Numbered from the whole stretch's first letter, positions 26,270 to 38,453 are shown. The stretch: 47,469 bases of DNA, filler included, from Streblomastix strix (GCA_008636045.1; 2 parts of 2 records of this genome joined end to end with filler, not necessarily neighbours in it); one strand, 5' to 3'. A program made the numbers and translations. Notes: generated by a model from the sequence alone, not told the origin.

Positions 26270-27900
26270 TCAGGACTGCAGTTGGGAAAACATTACTTTA
26301 TTATGAGGCAAAATGGGCTGTTATTGAGATATGATAGTCTATTGAGGTGTGAACCATAGAGATATTTGAACATTTGGATTGAACATCATTGGCTGAGGTG
26401 CATATAATGCTGATTGTAATTGGAATAGTTGCATCTGGTGATGTTGAAACTGTGACGAAGAGTATGGTTATTGAAAAAAGTTATTCATGGGGTATTGATA
26501 TTGTTATTAGTTATCAAATTGAGGGATTCCATTACGGTTTCTCTTGAAAGGTCCTCTCCCGAATCCTTAATATTACGAGAATAAAGCAGCTCTTGCTAGT
26601 TATTTGGGATTGATATATCTAGATTAGCTTCCATAGCTGTTTGCTACTTGAAATTAGACCGGATTTGAGGGCTGAAATTGGATTTGTGTTTGTTCTTGGT
26701 TTATTTAAGGTTGAGTTAACTGGTTTACAGGAGTCTGTGTAGCAGGATGGGGTTGTATAACCTAGTTAATCTACACTTGCTCCTTGATTCTATCCTTTGA
26801 TAGCTTTCCAAGAACGCCGTAAGCATCATCGCCTTTGCCGAGAGCCTCTTTAAATTATTCGTTAACGAGAGCCAGTTCGCGTCTTTGCTGTGTATCACCT
26901 GCTATGATTCTCTCGGCATGGTGGATAGTAAGGAAAAATCTTTGCACTGCAACTGGGTCCTCTTGTGTCATAGCAGCAGAACCAGCGACGCAAGCTCTTT
27001 GAATTAGGACAGCAAATTGAGAAGTTTCTACTTCAGCTTTAGCGTCACCTTCACCAGTACTAGGATGAACCCCGAATTTGTTCAGTTCTGGACCCAACAT
27101 CTCGTCTTTACGTTATAAAAGAAGCGTATGTTCGTGTTTTGAAACCCTTTTCCCAGTAGAATCTAAATCTGCAGCTTTCTTCTTATAGTACTGTTCGTAT
27201 ATTTGAGTATTCGCATCTAACTGCAATTACAAGCGTTGAGCAGCAGGTGAGTTGAGAGGTCTCCACAGGAGGGCGCGCATGAACGGCGGAACCTGGCCGG
27301 TATCATTTCCTGTACGCTAGCTCAAGCCAGGATGTTCATTTTCACGATTCATATGTTGACTTTGTTCGTCGCCATCGTGGAGGTCACCTGTTAGCATTTT
27401 GACGCGAATATGTCTTATTTTTGAAGTTTTGTTTGATCTAACCCATTGACCGGGTTTGTGTATTTCAGTACAAATGGAAACCGCATTAGACGGCCTGGGT
27501 AGTTCTAAACATAGAAGCACGGTTGGGTTTAAATAGCACTGCAAATATGATTAGTTCTCATCATTCGTTCAAGTCCATGTTACGGTATTGTAGCCTGATG
27601 CTCGCCTGGGACTGAATCTGAGCTGGTATCTGTCCAGTCTGTGTTTATATTCCTGTTCCACTTGTATATTCCTTACCCCGTCCTTATAGAATCTGCTGCT
27701 GTCCTGTTTAGGCCAAATAAAGATTGAACATCATCTGTTACTGCTGAAGTTAATGCTATAGTTAGAATTAGTTCTAATCGTTTAATTGGCCGATTTATTA
27801 TTAAGGAATGGAAGGTTAAAGTTATATTTGATTTTATTAGATCGACTATGTTGGATTTATTGGAGTTATTGGTTGAATTAGTGAAATTGGCTGATTTTGA
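26270..27900 (-). pseudogene. ORF1 (gag-like) of the retrotransposon, disrupted
   Basis: Upstream of RT on the same strand. Helical core (AVLIQRACVAGSAAMTQEDPVAVQRFFLTIHHAERIIAGDTQQRRELALV) flanked by Q/P-rich regions. Internal TGA and frameshift near 27560; ends at TGA 26272-26270. Confidence 0.6.
27733..27859. repeat. Direct repeat copy 2
   Basis: Identical to 23799-23925. Confidence 0.9.
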
Positions 27901-28376
27901 AATAATAATCATAATGATAAATTATATAAACTATAAAATTAGTATTATAATTGAATGAATTAAAGTAAAATCTGAGCCATAAGAAAGAGGAAATGGCGCT
28001 ATTGGTGGCAAGTAAGAATTACTATGAAATTAATTCTTAATTAAGGGAATTTATGAGAAATAATATTGAAAAAGATAATAATAATAATACAAGGAAATGG
28101 ATTAAGGGGGGTAGATTAAATGGGAAATTTGAGAAGTGTTATAGAATAGAGGTTTAGGAAACATTATTAAAGTGGATGGAATAACTGGGGAATTAAGGAG
28201 CGGGGTAATAACTGAGGTGCCGGACGTGGAGGGGGTGAAATAAGAAGGGGGATTGATGGAAGATGGTCGTGATAACAAAATACCATGCGCGTTCAAAGTT
28301 TAGGGGTTGATATGGTATTTTTAAGATTTCATCTCTAAAAATAGGGTTTTTTGGAGTAATGTGTAAAAATGGATTT

Positions 28377-31300
28377 TCAAAAATGATAATTATGAATTTT
28401 TGTATTTCACAATGCAGATTGGTTTTTTAACGGTGATTATTTTGGATTTTTCATTTTCGTTGGCGGGCATAAATTCCCATACATTAAATCCTTTATCAAT
28501 CGTCACAGCATATTCACCATATAATTTCTCGAAATATGGGATGAATTCTTGCTTTAACTTATAGCTGTAAAAGCGTATTTTCTTAATTTATGAGACTTTA
28601 TATTCGCATTTTTGCTTAATCTCGATTCAAAACGTTTTGTTCGCGATATTTTCTGGTTTTTAACTCAATGCTACCGATGTACTCATTCCATTTTTCAATT
28701 CCATAAAGTAGTCTCTAATAAATATGTCAATATCTGTTAAAGATACTTCGATAATATCGGCAATTGCTAAAGTAAGTGGAATTTTACGAAAATTTACGGT
28801 TGAAATTTCTCTTTTTGCAAGAAATGTAAATAAATTTTCATAAAATAGTTTTTAATCACTTAATTCATTAATTTCCATGAAGAATTTAGTATTATCTGCA
28901 TAAATTGTTACGCTATCATATGTCCTAAAATTGCTATTATCATTTAATACCAAATATTTTCTATCTGTTATTGATATTTATATTGGATTGCTATGATTTG
29001 ATATTAAAATCAGGTTTGTAACATTTTATTCAATGCATGGATTTATATATTTTGCCTCATGTTCTAATTGATTGACCGTTATTATTGATTTCAATGATTC
29101 AATATCATGTTACGACATATCGCTGAACTTTCTTAGCTCATTTCTAACAGCAAATACTTTAAATAACAATGAGCTGTTGAATTTACCCCCGATTGAGGAC
29201 AATTTTGTTAAATTTCCCTCTGAATATCCATCAATTAATTCGCTTAATAAGTTCGTAAACGTATTTTTTTCCAGTACCTTCCAAGCCTGTTAATATAATA
29301 TATACTTCAGTTTGTAATTGCGGGTATTAATCAGGTGTGATATCCAATTTAAAATATTTTCATAAACTTACTCATTGTTATTTGCAATAATATGTCTTAG
29401 AAGATGTAGAAACAGTGAAATTACTTATAATTAATGATTATATAGAAGAAAATCGTACATCTAGCCTTAAAATATTGAAAAAAAACACTGGGATCTTGGC
29501 GTAGAAAACACATATCAGTAATTAATAAGAAATCCACTTAAAGATTTGCTATTTGCAACAGTTTTTACGATTTCAAATCATTATATTTCGAATGCAAATT
29601 TAGAAATTTTTTTGCAGCATCAATGGATAACCTCTGAATTTCATAAAACGGAATATTTCGAGGCAATTTGTCGTCGTTTTCGATTATATTTTCTATTTAT
29701 TCCATAATTTTATCTTGCGACTTTTCAATGCTGCAACAAAGTTGTTTCCATTGAAATACGTTTATTTACGATGGTTTCTTCTATTTTCTTATTTTTTTTA
29801 GTAAATATACCACCTCACTCCTATATTTCTAAATTTTCAGTATTTTTGTCAAGTTTGAAATAATTTCTTCGATACATTCATAAGGTTTTACTCGGATTTT
29901 ATGAATAATGTTATCTAAACCGAATTATTCTTTTATATCGATGTTATGCACTTATATCTTCTTGAAATCGATAACAGCAGTTTATGATCCGTTGCTTTAT
30001 TTCTTTTATAACGCCAATTATGTAAAAAATTGTTATATATAATAATAATCTGACTTGAACTTCTTAATAAATTCCTACAAACAATAAGGCGATTATTATT
30101 TTTCAGAATTACATTCACGATATGCCTGAAACATGTTTTCTCTAATAAAGAGTAATCACAATTTTCTTCTATATAATCATAGCATTCACTTATGAAATCT
30201 TCATCAGCATCTTCGATGGATCTCAATCCATTTATATGAGTGCACAGTGTAAATAAGCTTAATTATCCTTCTTCACCACGATGATTTGTGTGAATTAAGG
30301 TCAATTTAAGTCCACGAACTAATATTTCTGCTTATTCTTTGGTCATTCCGCATTTTTCTGAACCACTCACAATTTAGTGATTTTTGATTTTTTCCAATTT
30401 TGCTTCATCGAGCTGAATAACTTTTATGTCAAAGCCTAAGATTAGAAATACTTCTTATATTTCTGCAAGATTCGTCTTTTCATAGGCATTATTTAAGTCC
30501 TGATATTTAGGAATTGGATTTCTCAACTCACCTGTTTATCACTTCTATTTTATCTTTGGATTTAGTGGTTTTCTCATTGAATTTCGATATTTGTATATTC
30601 AAGTTCCAGATTGCACAATTCTTTTTGATTTATTTCTGTATTCAAAGTCGATTAATTCATCTATTTATCTGTCAGATATTGCATCAACTCATGCAAATAC
30701 ATCAACTGAAAAATCGTTTGCACAAATTGTATTAATCATAGAATTTTGATATAATTTATATGTGCCCATGTTACAATAAATATGAAGCCCGTCTCTTGCT
30801 GATTTAACAAGTCCGACATTGCGATGTTAATTGTATTTTTCCATCAAGATTTGCGCATCGTTTGGATTTGTAGCATAATCTTCAAAATCTTCTTGTTTTA
30901 CAGGATAAAACAGTTTAATTATGCTACTTATTATCTTACCACGCTGTGTAACATCTAATTTCTCTCCATGATCAATGTCAGTATCAATTTCCGCCAAGTA
31001 TTTGCATTGCGCAATCTCAAGAGTGCGTACAGTGCGCGTTTTATTGATATTTTTCTTGACTTACGCTTTATCGGATTGATAATTTGTTTGATAAGCGATG
31101 TTGTTATAATTAGGCAGATTAATTGACGCGAACTAAATTTTTTCAATTAATCTTTTTGATGTTTCATTTTTAGAACGCTCTCGATATGATAAATCACATT
31201 TTTTAGTGATAATCCATACTTTTCGCTACGTTTACGAAAATCCATAAAAACACCTTGTTAACCATGTTTTCCATGCGATTTATAGCCAAATTATTCATAT

Positions 31301-31461
31301 ATGAGAGGATCATCTATTTCTAAATCAAAAAGTCAAGCCCTTGACAATTAAATTAATGTCTCATCATTTGATTTTTCCTCAATTCACAGATCTTAACGGA
31401 TATATCCGAGATTTGAGACTTTTTCTTATTTGTACATTTGTCAATTAACTAAAGGCAACAT
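28377..31461 (-). pseudogene. PrimPol (AEP-type primase) fused to a superfamily 3 (D5/DUF5906-like) helicase
   Basis: AEP motifs AEIDTDIDH (~30971-30995) and LVKSARDGLHIYC (~30772-30811). Helicase: ILNWISHL, Walker A ILTGLEGTGKNTF (29264-29287), GKFNSSL, Walker B FAVRNE, LKSIIT, motif C NLILISN, TDRKYLVL. Several in-frame TGAs and frameshifts (for example near 29315). Confidence 0.85.
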
Positions 31462-31600
31462 GATAAAAATCAAACTTCATGAATTAATAATTAATTACGA
31501 CATTAATTAAAAATTTAAAAATTAAAAATAATAAAATTTAATAAATAATCATTTTTAATTTTTTAACTATTTTTTGTGAATCTATCTTTTTTGACATTTT
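31462..31600. promoter_or_regulatory. Putative bidirectional promoter between the divergent primase-helicase and PolB genes
   Basis: About 140 bp of almost pure AT between two head-to-head replication genes. The evidence is positional only. Confidence 0.35.
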
Positions 31601-34600
31601 ATCAAATCTCAAACGTCCGCCAACTCTCGCCGCAGACGACGTAATCAACGTCGAAATCAGCCTCTGAAATCATAACCTCCATTAAACAAGGCAAAAAATA
31701 ATAAAAATCATCCAAATTAGCATCATCTGTAACGGATGCGTGATTTAGTATCTCAAAAGCAATGTATTCAACAGTAAAATCAGCAAGCTAAAAATTCGCC
31801 GACAAAATCACCGACAACGTCACCAAGCGTCGCACTTAAAGAAACCGTCAAAAATTAATATCGAAAGCAGTGTCGCAATCTTAAATCAGAATCTCGCAAA
31901 CAGCGAAATAAGAAGCGTAAATAACGTAAATCTGCAAAAAAAAAGAAAAGAGATAGATGCACGAATAGATGAATCGTGAAAATTACATGTTTTGGATATA
32001 ACATTATGAGCAAAGTTTAGATAAAAATTCTCGCGAAATTCTCAGAAAAACCAAGTTGTAATTCAAGATCTCATAGATAAATACGGGGATTTTGTTTTAT
32101 AATTAGTTTCTTCTGGCGATCCCGAGTTTATGATATTATTTAAGCCGCTAAATTTGGGTTTGCTTACTTAAGCAATTAATGAAGCTAGGACCAGACACAG
32201 TGGAAATAAACTAGATTTTCATAACTTAACTAATGCAACTGCAATTACTGTTGATTTCAATCATAATGATATCCGTTCGCCGGATGATATTGACAAATTC
32301 AGCGAATATATGTATACACATGATAAAGGAAAATTATTTAAATGTATTTTTGACTTTGGTATCGGTATTGAACGTAAAGAAATGCCCGAAAACATGAAGG
32401 AATTACTGAAAACCAAATAATTTATACATAAACTCTAATATATTGACGGTCGCTGCTTAGTTACTTACAGAATTAAACTTTCTGATAACAATTTCAGTTA
32501 ATTACATGCTCCAATGATTCTATTCGACAGAAATTCAATCGACATTTTCAAAGAATACATACGTTCATCAATTTTGTTTATGCAAGAATTTGGAGAACTA
32601 ACTGATACAAAGGAATTGATTGTCACAATCTTTTTTATGTAAATTATATCACACAGACTACCTTTTCTTGGTAAAAATATGGAAAAATTGATTAAAATTC
32701 AAAAGAAAAAGAATATTATCAAATATTTTCATACTGATGATGATTATAACATCTGCTTCTGGTATAATTTAATATGTGTAACTATGCCTGATTTAAGCTG
32801 CGCCGGCAAGATTGCAGAGGAAGTGAAAATTGATAGATATAAACGGATTGCGGAAGGTAAACGTATATTATTCTCCTTTTACGGAATTCCAGAACCTAAT
32901 TAATGTAAATTTCTTAAAGATTATCCAGGATATAATTGGAATGATGCAAATAAAGTTGCTGAAAAAATTAATATAAATATCAATTGTTATGAATATGTCA
33001 GCGAAGGGTTTGAGGCTGATGATAAAAAACCCAAATATTAACGACTAATTTCATATCCTGATATGAAAGTTGATGGACGTAAATCTTATAATATTTTCTT
33101 ATTAAACGATGCTATTGGTAATTAACATATCATGTATATCATCAATGTCGAGAAGTTGATTGGTTTACTTATTTGTCCAATCTGCAACAATCATGCAACC
33201 TATTTAAAGGATGAAAATAGACCTATTTAACGCATAATGGACGTTCACATTAAAGAATGAATGATGAAACTTGGAAATCCAAATAAAAAAGTTAGATTCG
33301 AGAAGTTTTCAAAACCATTTGCACCACTTATTATATCGAATTAAACTTATAAATATCTTCTTTCTCACAATCGATTATAAAAATATAAACCAACGTAATA
33401 TTAAATTACTTTTCTATTTAACTTAGTGTTTCAATAAGAAGATGATATAAAATACCTTGTAATTAAACCAATTTCTGTAGCATCAGCAAATAAAACAAAG
33501 TCAGGAATAAAAATATGTCATTTCGACTGTAGCGAACTTTCAGTTAGCCAAACTCCGTTCGGTTTCGTAATTTAATGGCTTGATTATCAATTTGCAGAAG
33601 CAAAATAGGATAAAATCGATGATATGTATCCTGATGGGGTAAATTAACGCTACGAGGTGCAAGTAATTGGATTTGATTCGCTGAAAACATCGAATAACTA
33701 GATTTTCAGAAATCGCCAATCGAAAAACTATGAAATTGTCGATTTTATTGGATAAACATCGTCTCCTAAATACTTTATAGTTAAACCAACCGAAAAATAT
33801 CTATAAATAATGAAAAAATAAGATTAAGACATAATCTCGATTCGTCTTAAATTCATTGACTCAAATAATTATTTAGTTGACAATATTTCCTTTGAGAAAT
33901 TCATAGAAGACATTGGTCAAGCTAAGTTTTAAGAAAACGACAGCCTTTAGGCCAGCAATGAAATTGCTACAGTATCGTAATCAAAATTAATGATTAATTC
34001 CATCGATTTCTTAATAATTCTATATTTCAAAAACAAAATTAACTTATTAGCGAAAGCATCACTTGCAAAACTTGTTTGTCTTGATAAATTTTCTCATGCT
34101 TATAAGAATTTTGATATTGATACTAATTACACACCATAAACCAACGATTTACCACTTAATTAAGTAGAGAAACAATGTAAATATAAAGTGAAATCTTATA
34201 AAAAACAATACAAACTAAAAAATCGACGTACAGATCACAATATATCTGATTCTGATTATAAATATTGTCATGATTTATTTATTTCTTCTTGATGCCACAT
34301 ATGTAAAACAATATTTACTTATAAAATTCCATCAACTTTAGATAGAATTAATAATTGAAAATCGCATAACAAAACAAACGTTAAGCCTTGCTGTCTTTAC
34401 TGCAATAAATATGCATCAAACAAAGATGAAGATATGTGTCGATTTATGATATAATTTCGTAAGTTTGCATAACTTAATCATCTTGCAATGACTATTTTTG
34501 ATCAAGATGTTTATAAAATCTTGCGGAACAATACGATCGGAGGAAACTCATACGTTATGCACAGAGAGAATATATCTGGATTAACGCCAATTAACAAATT

Positions 34601-36025
34601 TAAGTACAATTCTTCAAATAAACATGTTCATTACATCGATTTACCCTATATTATCTCGCACATAACATGTTTTGATTTCAATTCCTTTTATCTTTCTGTA
34701 GAGAGCTCAAATTCGCATATTCTGATTCCGTACATAAATCATAAGATATATATGCCTGGAGATGTAACTTCAGTAATTAAGGATGAAAACAGAGCAAGAC
34801 AAATATTTTATAATGAAAATCGATTCTCTTGCGACGAAGATATCTTTGAAAACATGGCTTAATTGTTCATTGCAGTTGTTAAAACTCATCTTCCAGAAGA
34901 ATTTATCAATGAATTTATAGATTTTCCTGTAATTTGGTGAAATCTGAAGATAACAATGAATAAACAGATTGTCGGGGAATATACTTACAAAAATATGATT
35001 GAACATCACATGGCATGCGATAAAGAAGAATCAAAATTACTTACGTTATCGTCGACACATAATGAATTCATGACTTTTAACAATTATTACTTATGTTTTC
35101 TTATAGATAGATGTCATCATGTAATTGATGAAGTATAATAAGTCATAATATACAGTAAAAATACTTCATTTCACGAATTCGGAAATGAAACTCACAAGCT
35201 TAGATGTGATACTTTAGCTGCAGGTATTAAAAACCTGGAATTAATGAATAAAATAAAACTGAATGCTTCATTTGGTTATGATGTACTAAATACTGAGAAA
35301 TTTCGAGATATTAGGATATGCAATAGATAAAATCTTGGACGGTGTCATATGCTTAATATATCCATATCAGAAAGATATTTATCTGACTATTCATCGGTGG
35401 TTGAGTTAGAAAAGAGGAAATGTTAATGCTCAACACCGTTATAAGTGGCTTATTTCGTTATTGATAATTCCAAATATTTCTATCTTAATATTTTCTATAA
35501 TTTTCTTGTTCCATGTCTTGACAGGAATAAAATACATGTAATTTATGGTGACACAGACAGTTTATGCTTAGGAATCGCAGATAAAATTGGCCAATTCTGA
35601 AATAAAACTTATGGAATAAATTACATCCTAAATTCTTCCCGGCATCTGATTAAATTCACGAAAAGAAGAAATTACTTGGTTGGAACATTGAACTTCAAGT
35701 AAAATAATGCTTTGCTTTAGTCCCTAAGTGTTATTATTTAGATATATATGATAATACGGAAATTATGAAGCTAAAGTGGGTTGAACATTAGTAAAATCCA
35801 AACTTTTCAAGGTATATCTTTATCAAAAATATTTAAGATGATTATCACACTGTAGTAACAAGGAAATCTGTAATTTAAAAATAAGTTTTAACGTCAGAAG
35901 TAATATCAATTCGTGTTGGCATTAGCGAAATTAGCTTAAAAACAATAATTCTTAAAAATCAATCATGCGCACGTATCTTGTATGGAATTAATACTAATAA
36001 ATATTACGTTGAAGAAACACATTGA
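31601..36025 (+). pseudogene. Protein-primed family B DNA polymerase with basic N-terminus, putative terminal-protein/vOTU region, zinc finger, degenerate exonuclease and HNH-like insertion
   Basis: TIGGNSYVMHR; motif A CFDFNSFYLS (~34668-34697); motif B KIKLNASFGY (~35250-35280); motif C IYGDTDSL (35541-35564); ALVPKCYY. NICFW at 32748, QHIMYI at 33123, CPIC zinc finger, CHIC...TLDRINN..SH...NVKPCCLYCN at 34293-34406. In-frame TGAs and a frameshift near 35585; TGA at 36023-36025. Confidence 0.9.
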
Positions 36026-36083
36026 ATGTGAAGCTTTTAAACCGTCAACTCTTATCTTAAATTATTTTTGCTTAAGCACATAA

Positions 36084-37267
36084 ATGAACGCACAAACATA
36101 GGAAAAAGTGCCATAATGGATCGAATATAGTGCATATCATAACATGAATTAAATGAAATATTAGGAATTTGTCAAGAATCTGAATAAGTAAAATCTTGGG
36201 AAATTTAATGAGAAATTGCTTGAGAAATTATATAAATAATATATGTAAAAATATGATTAATCAAGAATTCCAAGATTACGAAACAAACCGAGGTTGCATA
36301 GTGAAAAAACAATTCGTCAGGAATAGGAACACATTTTAATGGATTATCCATTCAAATCGAAAATTTAATAATATAAGAAGATTCATGGTGAAAAGCCTCA
36401 AAAAGTGCAATAAACTCCGCCTGATTATTAAATTAAACCATTATCTAAGCTAAATCGTCCATATTATTCTCCACAATTCGGATCTTGGGAAATCGATTTG
36501 GTATTTTTAATAGATGAACATATCATTCGCGCAAATCAAATATATATCTTTTGCATAAATATTAACACAAAATATCTCGCTGTTTTTCCATTAAGAGATA
36601 AATCAGCAAGTTAAATCAAGAATGCATTGTAAATATTGATTAAGAATTATAATGTTACGAATATCAGAGGCGATGGCGAGAAAGGATTTAATAGAAATAT
36701 ACTGAAATAATTTTGTTAAGAGAATAACATTACTTCATTCTTTACCGATTCTAAATTCACAAATCATAACAGAGTTATAGATTCCGTTATCAGAACTATT
36801 CGCAATGGATTTGGCAATGATTTTGGGAAGTTTGCTGATAATGATTTAATGCAATAAATGATATAAATTTATAATTCGACTCCCCATTCTGTTTACGACT
36901 ATAAATTTACGCCAGAATAAGCCAATTCCAATCATGATATTGAAGGGATTTACATAAGATAATAGTTAAATTAAATATTTGAAATCAAAAAATGACAAAA
37001 GAAGTAAGGACATATGTCATTCTCTCCGGGAAATATTCTTATGATGCATCTTGATTATTCTAAAACAGAACATCAGTTCGTTAAATTAAGAAGAAATTTC
37101 AATGAATTAGCTTAATTCATAAGATATTCAAATGGAAATTTGGTTGCTAAGTTATTAAAACCAAATTCTGATGTAAATATTATTGAATTACCCGCATAAT
37201 ATTGCAAACTGGTTGCAAAAGAAATAAGTTAATTAGATTAAAATTTAAATAGTTTTTCAAAATATGA
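36084..37267 (+). pseudogene. Retroviral-type (rve) integrase, Polinton c-integrase-like, DD(35)D triad
   Basis: ATG at 36084; GSWEIDLV (D at 36495), CININTKYL, IRGDGEKGF (D at 36672), NRVIDSVIRTIR (D at 36780), IYNSTPHS, FTPEQA. One in-frame TGA at 36993; the 3' end is probably frameshifted near 37250. Confidence 0.85.
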
Positions 37268-37301
37268 GATCTGCTAAAATGGAAATTGTCTTTTATAAAA
37301 T

Positions 37302-37680
37302 ATGCAAAATGAAAAAATGTAAAATTCTACAAACGTCGCTGATGCAAAGAGATAATCATCACGATTTAAATATAAAACACAAGAAGAAGCACTGAAAGCT
37401 GCTGAAATTAGCTTTAATCGTGCATATGCAAAAGAATTACTAAAAATGAAAGTATAACGGTAATTTACACTAGAATTTTAGCAATATTTAATTAATAGAC
37501 TGTGAATATTGATTGTAAACAATGAAATTGACCTTGCTTTAATGCAATAAATCGCAGATAAATATGATGAAAAGGATAAGAAAATAATGGTATTTGCATT
37601 TATTGTTGATTTGAAAGAAGCAATGTAATAAAAATATGACATAATTGAAGAATGGAATTGGGTTTTAGACATACATTTTT
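37302..37680 (+). pseudogene. Small orphan ORF of the viral element
   Basis: MQNEKMQNSTNVADAKRQSSRFKYKTQEEALKAAEISFNRAYAKELLKMK...; one in-frame TGA near 37503; 3' end uncertain. Confidence 0.45.
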
Positions 37681-38377
37681 CACCGAACGAAGTTTGGCGA
37701 CGAGGAACGCAGTCACCATAAATCTGTTTCATTAAATAGTATTTCAGGAATCTTATCTTAAGGTTCAAAATCGCTTGCGATTTAGCGACGAGCTTGCACA
37801 GTCTTTGGATTCTCAGCTTACGGCGGAGTTTATGGTTGACATTAGGATTCTTCAGCTTTCTTTTACTTGAACATCTTTATTTTATCCTTATATTTTTCAA
37901 CTTATTTTATTGAATCTTGATGTTATTATTTAGTAAATGCATTTTTAGTGCGCAAACGTATTAATTCTTCAAGATCAACTTATGGTGAAGAGTAATTAAT
38001 TTAAGATTTCTTTGCTGTTTTCTATGGAGTTGACTTTGGAGTTTCACAGGTTTTTCGATTATTTCTGAACCATCATCAGCGTCATACAATAATTGATCGC
38101 TTTGTTAGAATTTAAGTTCGTTTTATGAAAATTCATCATATTCGTCATCAAATTATTCAACTTAACGTTTTGATTAACGTTTTGGTTTAGTTTAACCTCC
38201 ACCTCGTGCATACAATAACAATTTAGTTTGTTAAGCTTAAGTCAATGTCCTTGCTGATTTCTTATCTTCTTCATATACGTTTATCTTATCCTTTGCTTTC
38301 ATGATATATCCTTCATTGAAATACTCGATTGATGTTCCATTTTCCATGAGATTCTTGAGTGCTTATGCTTGATTCAT
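37678..38377 (-). pseudogene. Orphan ORF of the viral element (frameshifted)
   Basis: MNQAQALKNLMENGTSIEYFNEGYIMKAKDKINVYEEDKKSARTLTQAQQTKLLLYARGGG...; acidic and basic low-complexity middle; 3' end uncertain. Confidence 0.5.
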
Positions 38378-38453
38378 CTTGATTGACTCCGATTTGATTT
38401 TACTTAAACTCGCAACTTTAAGTTGCAAGCAAACTGAAAAAGGTTGCAAAATC

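Larger units (their letters stand above)
24765..27900 (-). mobile_element. DIRS-type (tyrosine-recombinase class) retrotransposon, 3'-truncated: gag-like ORF1, RT, partial RNase H
   Basis: GC-richer intronless block. RT motifs: LRKISYCRAIN, FKMDG, ITLDLQDAFHYI, YRGLPFG, NYIDD (25478-25489), SLGWKL, FIYLDW. DIRS-style connection LAALIGELNILRFQF. RNase H motifs LTTDA, SNQREMTAV, QTDNQTV. The YR gene itself is not present, so the class is assigned from RT/RNase H style. Confidence 0.8.

Noticed and set aside
23799..27859. 127-bp direct repeats as LTRs of an LTR retrotransposon
   Set aside because: The repeat lies within Q-rich ORF1 coding sequence and has no TG...CA ends, PBS or PPT. The RT/RNase H is DIRS-like with no protease or linked integrase.
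27960..28020. ERGNGAIGG peptide reminiscent of dUTPase motif V
   Set aside because: No other dUTPase motifs or supporting ORF nearby; likely chance.
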